Source of the DNA: Eledone cirrhosa
Lineage: Eukaryota
Length of the DNA stretch: 64,000 bases
Assembly: GCA_964016885.1 (NCBI GenBank)
Contig: OZ024756.1
Location: 1,550,001-1,614,000, forward strand
Direction of reading: 5' to 3'
Under the pieces are notes generated by a model. It had not been told where the DNA came from, made no database searches, and saw only the letters and a list, made by a program, of their open reading frames with translations. The translations under genes were made by a program, and so were the position numbers. This document shows positions 23,631 to 35,600 of this stretch, in pieces; the stretch's first letter is position 1, and each line of letters starts with the position of its first letter.

Positions 23631-26600
23631 GAAGTGTGCAGTGTCAGTGATCTCGTCCTCTGTCTTGCTGTCTTCAGTTCATCTATGAGGTGTGCAGTGT
23701 CAGTGATCTGGTCCTCTGTCTTGCTGTCTTCAGTACATCTATGAAGTGTGCAGTGTCAGTGATCTGGTCCTCCGTCTTGCTGTCTTCAGTTCATCTATGA
23801 AGTGTGCAGTGTCAGTGATCTGGTCCTCCGTCTTGCTGTCTTCAGTACATCTATGAAGTGTGCAGTGTCAGTGATCTGGTCCTCTGTCTTGCTGTCTTCA
23901 GTACATCTATGAAGTGTGCAGTGTCAGTGATCTGGTCCTCCGTCTTGCTGTCTTCATTTCATCTATGAAGTGTGCAGTGTCAGTGATCTGGTCCTCCGTC
24001 TTGCTGTCTTCACTTCATCTATGAAGTGTGCAGTGGCAGTGATCTGGTCCTCTGTCTTGCTGTCTTCAGTACATCTATGAAGTGTGCAGTGTCAGTGATC
24101 TAGTCCTCCGTCTTGCTGTCTTCAGTTCATCTATGAAGTGTGCAGTGTCAGTGATCTGGTCCTCTGTCTTGCTGTCTTCAGTACATCTGTGAAGTGTGCA
24201 GTGTCAGTGATCTGGTCCTCTGTCTTGCTGTCTTCAGTACATCTATGAAGTGTGCAGTGTCAGTGATCTGGTCCTCTGTCTTGCTGTCTTCAGTTCATCT
24301 ATGAAGTGTGCAGTGTCAGTGATCTGGTCCTCTGTCTTGCTGTCTTCAGTTCATCTATGAAGTGTGCAGTGTCAGTGATCTGGTCCTCTGTCTTGCTGTC
24401 TTCAGTTCAACTATGAAGTGTGCAGTGTCAATGATCTGGTCCTCTGTCTTGCTGTCTTCAGTACATCTATTAAGTGTGCAGTGTCAGTGATCTGGTCCTC
24501 TGTCTTGCTGTCTTCAGTACATCTATGAAGTGTGCAGTGTCAGTGATCTGGTCCTCTGTCTTGCTGTCTTCAGTTCATCTATGAAGTGTGCAGTGTCAGT
24601 GATCTGGTCCTCTATCTTGCTGTCTTCAGTACATCTATGAAGTGTGCAGTGTCAGTGATCTGGTCCTCTATCTTGCCGTCTTCAGTTCATCTATGAATTG
24701 TGTAGTGTCAGTGATCTGGTCCTCTGTCTTGCTGTCTTCAGTACATCTATGAAGTGTGCAGTGTCAGTGATCAGGTCCTCTGTCTTGCTGTCTTCAGTTC
24801 ATCTATGAAGTGTGCAGTGTCAGTGATCAGGTCCTCTGTCTTGCTGTCTTCAGTACATCTATGAAGTGTGCAGTGTCAGTGATCTAGTCCTCTGTCTTGC
24901 TGTCTTCAGTTCATCTATGAAGTGTGCAGTGTCAGTGATCTTGTCCGCTGTCTTGCCGTCTTCAGTACATCTATGAAGTGTGCAGTGTCAGTGATCTCGT
25001 CCTCTGTCTTGCTGTCTTCAGTACATCAATGAAGTGTGCAGTGTCAGTGATCTCGTCCTCTGTCTTGCTGTCTTCAGTACATCTATGAAGTGTGCAGTGT
25101 CAGTGATCTCGTGAACGGTCTTGCTGTCTTCAGTACATCTATGACGTGTACAGTGTCAGTGATCTGGTCCTCTGTCTTGCTGTCTTCAGTACATCTATGA
25201 AGTGGGCAGTGTCAGTGATCTGGTTCTCTATCTTGCTGTCTTCAGTACATCTATGAAGTGTGCAGTGTCAGTGATCTGGTCCTCTGTCTTGCTGTCTTCA
25301 GTACATCTATGAAGTGTGCAGTGTCAGTGATCTGGTCCTCTGTCTTGTTGTCTTGAGTTCATCTATGAAGTGTGCAGTGTCAGTGATCTGGTCCTCTGTC
25401 TTGCTGTCTTCAGTTCATCTATGAAGTGTGTAGTGTCAGTGATCTGGTCCTCTGTCTTGCTGTCTTCAGTACATCTATGAAGTGTACAGTGTCAGTGATC
25501 TGGTCCTCTGTCTTGCTGTCTTCAGTACATCTATGATGTGTGCAGTGTCAGTGATCTGGTCCTCTGTCTTGCTGTCTTCAGTACATCTATGAAGTGTGCA
25601 GTGTCAGTGATCTGGTCCTCTGTCTTGCTGTCTTCAGTTCATCTATGAAGTGTGCAGTGTCAGTGATCTGGTCCTCCGTGTTGCTGTCTTCAGTACATCT
25701 ATTAAGTGTGCAGTGTCAGTGATCTGGTCCTCTGTCTTGCTGTCTTCAGTTCATCTATGAAGTGTGCAGTGTCAGTGATCTGGTCCTCTGTCTTGCTGTC
25801 TTCAGTACATCTATAAAGTGTGCAGTGTCAGTGATCTGGTCCTCTGTCTTGCTGTCTTCAGTACATCTATGAAGTGTGCAGTGTCAGTGATCTGGTCCTC
25901 TGTCTTGCTGTCTTCAGTTCATCTATGAAGTGTGCAGTGTCAGTGATCTGGTCCTCCGTCTTGCTGTCTTCAGTACATCTATTAAGTGTGCAGTGTCTGT
26001 GATCTGGTCCTCTGTCTTGCTGTCTTCAGTTCATCTATGAAGTGTGCAGTGTCAGTGATCTCGTCCTCTGTCTTGCTGTCTTCAGTACATCTATGAAGTG
26101 TGCAGTGTCAGTGATCTGGTCCTCTGTCTTGCTGTCTTCAGTACATCTATGAAGTGTGCAGTGTCAGTGATCTGGTCCTCTGTCTTGCTGTCTTCAGTTC
26201 ATCTATGAAGTGTGCAGTGTCAGTGATCTGGTCCTCCGTCTTGCTGTCTTCAGTACATCTATTAAGTGTGCAGTGTCAGTGATCTGGTCCTCTGTCTTGC
26301 TGTCTTCAGTTCATCTATGAAGTGTGCAATGTCAGTGATCTGGTCCTCTATCTTGCTGTCTTCAGTACATCTATGAAGTGTGCAGTGTCAGTGATCTGGT
26401 CCTCTATCTTGCTGTCTTCAGTACATCTATGTAGTGTGCAGTGTCAGTGATCTGGTCCTCTGTCTTGCCGTCTTCAGTTCATCTATGAAGTGTGTAGTGT
26501 CAGTGATCTAGTCCTCTGTCTTGCTGTCTTCAGTACATCTATGAAGTGTGCAGTGTCAGTGATCAGGTCCTCTGTCTTGCTGTCTTCAGTACATCTATGA

Positions 26601-29600
26601 AGTGTGCAGTGTCAGTGATCTGGTCCTCTGTCTTGCTGTCTTCAGTACATCTATGAAGTGTGCAGTGTCAGTGATCTGGTCCTCTGTCTTGCTGTCTTCA
26701 GTACATCTATGAAGTGTGCAGTGTCAGTGATCTGGTCCTCTGTCTTGCTGTCTTCAGTTCATCTATGAAGTGTGCAGTGTCAGTGATCTGGTCCTCTGTC
26801 TTGCTGTCTTCAGTACATCTATGAAGTGTGCAGTGTCAGTGATCTGGTCCTCTGTCTTGCTGTCTTCAGTACATCTATGAAGTGTGCAGTGTCAGTGATC
26901 TGGTCCTCTGTCTTGTTGTCTTCAGTTCATCTATGAAGTGTGCAGTGTCAGTGATCTGGTCCTCTGTCTTGCTGTCTTCAGTTCATCTATGAAGTGTGCA
27001 GTGTCAGTGATCTGGTCCTCTGTCTTGTTGTCTTCAGTTCATCTATGAAGTGTGCAGTGTCAGTGATCTGGTCCTCTGTCTTGCTGTCTTCAGTACATCT
27101 ATGAAGTGTGCAGTGTCAGTGATCTGGTCCTCTGTCTTGCTGTCTTCAGTACATCTATGAAGTGTGCAGTGTCAGTGATCTGGTCCTCTGTCTTGCTGTC
27201 TTCAGTACATCTATGAAGTGTGCATTGTCAGTGATCTGGTCCTCTGTCTTGTTGTCTTCAGTTCATCTATGAAGTGTGCAGTGTCAGTGATCTGGTCCTC
27301 TGTCTTGCTGTCTTCAGTACATCTATGAAGTGTGCAGTGTCAGTGATCTGGTCCTCTGTCTTGCTGTCTTCAGTTCATCTATGAAGTGTGCAGTGTCAGT
27401 GATCTGGTCCTCTGTCTTGCTGTCTTCAGTACATCTATGAAGTGTGCAGTGTCAGTGATCTGGTCCTCTGTGTTGCTGTCTTCAGTACATCTATGAAGTG
27501 TGCAGTGTCAGTGATCTGGTCCTCTGTCTTGCTGTCTTCAGTTCATCTATGAAGTGTGCAGTGTCAGTGATCTGGTCCCCTGTCTTGCTGTCTTCAGTTC
27601 ATCTATGAAGTGTGCAGTGTCAGTGATCTGGTCCTCTGTCTTGCTGTCTTCAGTTCATCTATGAAGTGTGCAGTGTCAGTGATCTGGTCCTCTGTCTTGC
27701 TGTCTTCAGTACATCTATGAAGTTTGCAGTGTCAGTGATCTGGTCATCTGTCTTGCTGTCTTCAGTACATCTATGAAGTGTGCAGTGTCAGTGATCTGGT
27801 CCTCTGTCTTGCTGTCTTCAGTTCATCTATGAAGTGTGCAGTGTCAGTGATCTGGTCCTCTGTCTTGCTGTCTTCAGTACATCTATGAAGTGTGCAGTGT
27901 CAGTGATCTGGTCCTCCGTCTTGCTGTCTTCATTTCATCTATGAAGTGTGCAGTGTCAGTGATCTGGTCCTCCGTCTTGCTGTCTTCAGTTCATCTATGA
28001 AGTGTGCAGTGGCAGTGATCTGGTCCTCTGTCTTGCTGTCTTCAGTACATCTATGAAGTGTGCAGTGTCAATGATCTGGTCCTCTGTCTTGCTGACTTCA
28101 GTACATCTATGAAGTGTGCAGTGTCAGTGATCTGGTCCTCCGTCTTGCTGTCTTCAGTTCATCTATGAAGTGTGCAGTGTCAGTGATCTGGTCCTCCGTC
28201 TTGCTGTCTTCAGTACATCTATGAAGTGTGCAGTGTCAGTGATCTGGTCCTCCGTCTTGCTGTCTTCATTTCATCTATGAAGTGTGCAGTGTCAGTGATC
28301 TGGTCCTCCGTCTTGCTGTCTTCAGTTCATCTATGAAGTGTGCAGTGGCAGTGATCTGGTCCTCTGTCTTGCTGTCTTCAGTACATCTATGAAGTGTGCA
28401 GTGTCAGTGATCTAGTCCTCCGTCTTGCTGTCTTCAGTTCATCTATGAAGTGTGCAGTGTCAGTGATCTGGTCCTCTGTCTTGCTGTCTTCAGTACATCT
28501 GTGAAGTGTGCAGTGTCAGTGATCTGGTCCTCTGTCTTGCTGTCTTCAGTACATCTATGAAGTGTGCAGTGTCAATGATCTGGTCCTCTGTCTTGCTGAC
28601 TTCAGTACATCTATGAAGTGTGCAGTGTCAGTGATCTGGTCCTCCGTCTTGCTGTCTTCAGTTCATCTATGAAGTGTGCAGTGTCAGTGATCTGGTCCTC
28701 CGTCTTGCTGTCTTCAGTACATCTATGAAGTGTGCCGTGTCAGTGATCTGGTCCTCTGTCTTGCTGTCTTCAGTACATCTATGAAGTGTGCAGTGTCAGT
28801 GATCTGGTCCTCCGTCTTGCTGTCTTCATTTCATCTATGAAGTGTGCAGTGTCAGTGATCTGGTCCTCCGTCTTGCTGTCTTCAGTTCATCTATGAAGTG
28901 TGCAGTGGCAGTGATCTGGTCCTCTGTCTTGCTGTCGTCAGTACATCTATGAAGTGTGCAGTGTCAGTGATCTGGTCCTCCGTCTTGCTGTCTTCAGTTC
29001 ATCTATGAAGTGTGCAGTGTCAGTGATCTGGTCCTCTGTCTTGCTGTCTTCAGTATATCTGTGAAGTGTGCAGTGTCAGTGATCTCGTCCTCTGTCTTGC
29101 TGTCTTCAGTACATCAATGAAGTGTGCAGTGTCAGTGATCTCGTCCTCTGTCTTGCTGTCTTCAGTACATCTATGAAGTGTGCAGTGTCAGTGATCTCGT
29201 CCTCTGTCTTGCTGTCTTCAGTACATCTATGAGGTGTGCAGTGTCAGTGATCTGGTCCTCTGTCTTGCTGTCTTCAGTTCATCTATGAAGTGTGCAGTGT
29301 CAGTGATCTGGTCCTCCGTCTTGCTGTCTTCAGTACATCTATGAAGTGTGCAGTGTCAGTGATCTGGTCCTCTGTCTTGCTGTCTTCAGTACATCTATGA
29401 AGTGTGCAGTGTCAGTGATCTGGTCCTCTGTCTTGCTGTCTTCAGTACATCTATGAAGTGTGCAGTGTCAATGATCTGGTCCTCTGTCTTGCTGACTTCA
29501 GTACATCTATGAAGTGTGCAGTGTCAGTGATCTGGTCCTCCGTCTTGCTGTCTTCAGTTCATCTATGAAGTGTGCAGTGTCAGTGATCTGGTTCTCCGTC

Positions 29601-32600
29601 TTGCTGTCTTCAGTACATCTATGAAGTGTGCAGTGTCAGTGATCTGGTCCTCTGTCTTGCTGTCTTCAGTACATCTATTAAGTGTGCAGTGTCAGTGATC
29701 TGGTCCTCCGTCTTGCTGTCTTCATTTCATCTATGAAGTGTGCAGTGTCAGTGATCTGGTCCTCCGTCTTGCTGTCTTCAGTTCATGTATGAAGTGTGCA
29801 GTGTCAGTGATCTGGTCCTCCGTCTTGCTGTCTTCAGTTCATCTATGAAGTGTGCAGTGGCAGTGATCTGGTCCTCCGTCTTGCTGTCTTCAGTTCATCT
29901 ATGAAGTGTGCAGTGTCAGTGATCTGGTCCTCTGTCTTGCTGTCTTCAGTACATCTGTGAAGTGTGCAGTGTAAGTGATCTGGTCCTCCGTCTTGCTGTC
30001 TTCAGTTCATCTATGAAGTGTGCAGTGTCAGTGATCTGGTCCTCTGTCTTGCTGTCTTCAGTACATCTGTGAAGTGTGCAGTGTCAGTGATCTGGTCCTC
30101 TGTCTTGCTGTCTTCAGTACATCTATGAAGTGTGCAGTGTCAGTGATCTGGTCCTCTGTCTTGCTGTCTTCAGTTCATCTATGAAGTGTGCAGTGTCAGT
30201 GATCTGGTCCTCTGTCTTGCTGTCTTCAGTTCATCTATGAATTGTGCAGTGTCAGTGATCTGGTCCTCTGTCTTGCTGTCTTCAGTTCAACTATGAAGTG
30301 TGCAGTGTCAATGATCTGGTCCTCTGTCTTGCTGTCTTCAGTACATCTATTAAGTGTGCAGTGTCAGTGATCTGGTCCTCTGTCTTGCTGTCTTCAGTTC
30401 ATCTATGAAGTGTGCAGTGTCAGTGATCTGGTCCTCTGTCTTGCTGTCTTCGGTTCATCTATGAAGTGTGCAGTGTCAGTGATCTGGTCCTCTATCTTGC
30501 TGTCTTCAGTACATCTATGAAGTGTGCAGTGTCAGTGATCTGGTCCTCTATCTTGCCGTCTTCAGTTCATCTATGAATTGTGTAGTGTCAGTGATCTGGT
30601 CCTCTGTCTTGCTGTCTTCAGTTCATCTATGAAGTGTGCAGTGTCAGTGATCAGGTCCTCTGTCTTGCTGTCTTCAGTACATCTATGAAGTGTGCAGTGT
30701 CAGTGATCTAGTCCTCTGTCTTGCTGTCTTCAGTTCATCTATGAAGTGTGCAGTGTCAGTGATCTTGTCCGCTGTCTTGCCGTCTTCAGTACATCTATGA
30801 AGGGTGCAGTGTCAGTGATCTCGTCCTCTGTCTTGCTGTCTTCAGTACATCAATGAAGTGTGCAGTGTCAGTGATCTCGTCCTCTGTCTTGCTGTCTTCA
30901 GTACATCTATGAAGTGTGCAGTGTCAGTGATCTGGTCCTCTGTCTTGCTGTCTTCAGTACATCTATGAAGTGTGCAGTGTCAGTGATCTGGTCCTCCGTC
31001 TTGCTGTCTTCAGTACATCTATGAAGTGTGCAGTGTCAGTGATCTGGTCCTCTGTCTTGCTGTCTTCAGTACATCTATGAAGTGTGCAGTGTCAGTGATC
31101 TGGTCCTCCGTCTTGCTGTCTTCATTTCATCTATGAAGTGTGCAGTGTCAGTGATCTGGTCCTCCGTCTTGCTGTCTTCAGTTCATCTATGAAGTGTGCA
31201 GTGGCAGTGATCTGGTCCTCTGTCTTGCTGTCTTCAGTACATCTATGAAGTGTGCAGTGTCAATGATCTGGTCCTCTGTCTTGCTGACTTCAGTACATCT
31301 ATGAAGTGTGCAGTGTCAGTGATCTGGTCCTCCGTCTTGCTGTCTTCAGTTCATCTATGAAGTGTGCAGTGTCAGTGATCTGGTCCTCCGTCTTGCTGTC
31401 TTCAGTACATCTATGAAGTGTGCAGTGTCAGTGATCTGGTCCTCCGTCTTGCTGTCTTCATTTCATCTATGAAGTGTGCAGTGTCAGTGATCTGGTCCTC
31501 CGTCTTGCTGTCTTCAGTTCATCTATGAAGTGTGCAGTGGCAGTGATCTGGTCCTCTGTCTTGCTGTCTTCAGTACATTTATGAAGTGTGCAGTGTCAGT
31601 GATCTAGTCCTCCGTCTTGCTGTCTTCAGTTCATCTATGAAGTGTGCAGTGTCAGTGATCTGGTCCTCTGTCTTGCTGTCTTCAGTACATCTGTGAAGTG
31701 TGCAGTGTCAGTGATCTGGTCCTCTGTCTTGCTGTCTTCAGTACATCTATGAAGTGTGCAGTGTCAATGATCTGGTCCTCTGTCTTGCTGACTTCAGTAC
31801 ATCTATGAAGTGTGCAGTGTCAGTGATCTGGTCCTCCGTCTTGCTGTCTTCAGTTCATCTATGAAGTGTGCAGTGTCAGTGATCTGGTCCTCCGTCTTGC
31901 TGTCTTCAGTACATCTATGAAGTGTGCAGTGTCAGTGATCTGGTCCTCTGTCTTGCTGTCTTCAGTACATCTATGAAGTGTGCAGTGTCAGTGATCTGGT
32001 CCTCCGTCTTGCTGTCTTCATTTCATCTATGAAGTGTGCAGTGTCAGTGATCTGGTCCTCCGTCTTGCTGTCTTCAGTTCATCTATGAAGTGTGCAGTGG
32101 CAGTGATCTGGTCCTCTGTCTTGCTGTCGTCAGTACATCTATGAAGTGTGCAGTGTCAGTGATCTGGTCCTCCGTCTTGCTGTCTTCAGTTCATCTATGA
32201 AGTGTGCAGTGTCAGTGATCTGGTCCTCTGTCTTGCTGTCTTCAGTATATCTGTGAAGTGTGCAGTGTCAGTGATCTCGTCCTCTGTCTTGCTGTCTTCA
32301 GTACATCAATGAAGTGTGCAGTGTCAGTGATCTCGTCCTCTGTCTTGCTGTCTTCAGTACATCTATGAAGTGTGCAGTGTCAGTGATCTCGTCCTCTGTC
32401 TTGCTGTCTTCAGTACATCTATGAGGTGTGCAGTGTCAGTGATCTGGTCCTCTGTCTTGCTGTCTTCAGTTCATCTATGAAGTGTGCAGTGTCAGTGATC
32501 TGGTCCTCCGTCTTGCTGTCTTCAGTACATCTATGAAGTGTGCAGTGTCAGTGATCTGGTCCTCTGTCTTGCTGTCTTCAGTACATCTATGAAGTGTGCA

Positions 32601-35600
32601 GTGTCAGTGATCTGGTCCTCTGTCTTGCTGTCTTCAGTACATCTATGAAGTGTGCAGTGTCAATGATCTGGTCCTCTGTCTTGCTGACTTCAGTACATCT
32701 ATGAAGTGTGCAGTGTCAGTGATCTGGTCCTCCGTCTTGCTGTCTTCAGTTCATCTATGAAGTGTGCAGTGTCAGTGATCTGGTCCTCCGTCTTGCTGTC
32801 TTCAGTACATCTATGAAGTGTGCAGTGTCAGTGATCTGGTCCTCTGTCTTGCTGTCTTCAGTACATCTATGAAGTGTGCAGTGTCAGTGATCTGGTCCTC
32901 CGTCTTGCTGTCTTCATTTCATCTATGAAGTGTGCAGTGTCAGTGATCTGGTCCTCCGTCTTGCTGTCTTCAGTTCATGTATGAAGTGTGCAGTGTCAGT
33001 GATCTGGTCCTCCGTCTTGCTGTCTTCAGTTCATCTATGAAGTGTGCAGTGGCAGTGATCTGGTCCTCCGTCTTGCTGTCTTCAGTTCATCTATGAAGTG
33101 TGCAGTGTCAGTGATCTGGTCCTCTGTCTTGCTGTCTTCAGTACATCTGTGAAGTGTGCAGTGTAAGTGATCTGGTCCTCCGTCTTGCTGTCTTCAGTTC
33201 ATCTGTGAAGTGTGCAGTGTCAGTGATCTGGTCCTCTGTCTTGCTGTCTTCAGTACATCTATGAAGTGTGCAGTGTCAGTGATCTGGTCCTCTGTCTTGC
33301 TGTCTTCAGTTCATCTATGAAGTGTGCAGTGTCAGTGATCTGGTCCTCTGTCTTGCTGTCTTCAGTTCATCTATGAATTGTGCAGTGTCAGTGATCTGGT
33401 CCTCTGTCTTGCTGTCTTCAGTTCAACTATGAAGTGTGCAGTGTCAATGATCTGGTCCTCTGTCTTGCTGTCTTCAGTACATCTATTATGTGTGCAGTGT
33501 CAGTGATCTGGTCCTCTGTCTTGCTGTCTTCAGTTCATCTATGAAGTGTGCAGTGTCAGTGATCTGGTCCTCTGTCTTGCTGTCTTCGGTTCATCTATGA
33601 AGTGTGCAGTGTCAGTGATCTGGTCCTCTATCTTGCTGTCTTCAGTACATCTATGAAGTGTGCAGTGTCAGTGATCTGGTCCTCTATCTTGCCGTCTTCA
33701 GTTCATCTATGAATTGTGTAGTGTCAGTGATCTGGTCCTCTGTCTTGCTGTCTTCAGTTCATCTATGAAGTGTGCAGTGTCAGTGATCAGGTCCTCTGTC
33801 TTGCTGTCTTCAGTACATCTATGAAGTGTGCAGTGTCAGTGATCTAGTCCTCTGTCTTGCTGTCTTCAGTTCATCTATGAAGTGTGCAGTGTCAGTGATC
33901 TTGTCCGCTGTCTTGCCGTCTTCAGTACATCTATGAAGGGTGCAGTGTCAGTGATCTCGTCCTCTGTCTTGCTGTCTTCAGTACATCAATGAAGTGTGCA
34001 GTGTCAGTGATCTCGTCCTCTGTCTTGCTGTCTTCAGTACATCTATGAAGTGTGCAGTGTCAGTGATCTCGTCCTCTGTCTTGCTGTCTTCAGTTCATCT
34101 ATGAGGTGTGCAGTGTCAGTGATCTGGTCCTCTGTCTTGCTGTCTTCAGTACATCTATGAAGTGTGCAGTGTCAGTGATCTGGTCCTCCGTCTTGCTGTC
34201 TTCAGTTCATCTATGAAGTGTGCAGTGTCAGTGATCTGGTCCTCCGTCTTGCTGTCTTCAGTACATCTATGAAGTGTGCAGTGTCAGTGATCTGGTCCTC
34301 TGTCTTGCTGTCTTCAGTACATCTATGAAGTGTGCAGTGTCAGTGATCTGGTCCTCCGTCTTGCTGTCTTCATTTCATCTATGAAGTGTGCAGTGTCAGT
34401 GATCTGGTCCTCCGTCTTGCTGTCTTCACTTCATCTATGAAGTGTGCAGTGGCAGTGATCTGGTCCTCTGTCTTGCTGTCTTCAGTACATCTATGAAGTG
34501 TGCAGTGTCAGTGATCTAGTCCTCCGTCTTGCTGTCTTCAGTTCATCTATGAAGTGTGCAGTGTCAGTGATCTGGTCCTCTGTCTTGCTGTCTTCAGTAC
34601 ATCTGTGAAGTGTGCAGTGTCAGTGATCTGGTCCTCTGTCTTGCTGTCTTCAGTACATCTATGAAGTGTGCAGTGTCAGTGATCTGGTCCTCTGTCTTGC
34701 TGTCTTCAGTTCATCTATGAAGTGTGCAGTGTCAGTGATCTGGTCCTCTGTCTTGCTGTCTTCAGTTCATCTATGAAGTGTGCAGTGTCAGTGATCTGGT
34801 CCTCTGTCTTGCTGTCTTCAGTTCAACTATGAAGTGTGCAGTGTCAATGATCTGGTCCTCTGTCTTGCTGTCTTCAGTACATCTATTAAGTGTGCAGTGT
34901 CAGTGATCTGGTCCTCTGTCTTGCTGTCTTCAGTACATCTATGAAGTGTGCAGTGTCAGTGATCTGGTCCTCTGTCTTGCTGTCTTCAGTTCATCTATGA
35001 AGTGTGCAGTGTCAGTGATCTGGTCCTCTATCTTGCTGTCTTCAGTACATCTATGAAGTGTGCAGTGTCAGTGATCTGGTCCTCTATCTTGCCGTCTTCA
35101 GTTCATCTATGAATTGTGTAGTGTCAGTGATCTGGTCCTCTGTCTTGCTGTCTTCAGTACATCTATGAAGTGTGCAGTGTCAGTGATCAGGTCCTCTGTC
35201 TTGCTGTCTTCAGTTCATCTATGAAGTGTGCAGTGTCAGTGATCAGGTCCTCTGTCTTGCTGTCTTCAGTACATCTATGAAGTGTGCAGTGTCAGTGATC
35301 TAGTCCTCTGTCTTGCTGTCTTCAGTTCATCTATGAAGTGTGCAGTGTCAGTGATCTTGTCCGCTGTCTTGCCGTCTTCAGTACATCTATGAAGTGTGCA
35401 GTGTCAGTGATCTCGTCCTCTGTCTTGCTGTCTTCAGTACATCAATGAAGTGTGCAGTGTCAGTGATCTCGTCCTCTGTCTTGCTGTCTTCAGTACATCT
35501 ATGAAGTGTGCAGTGTCAGTGATCTCGTGAACGGTCTTGCTGTCTTCAGTACATCTATGACGTGTACAGTGTCAGTGATCTGGTCCTCTGTCTTGCTGTC

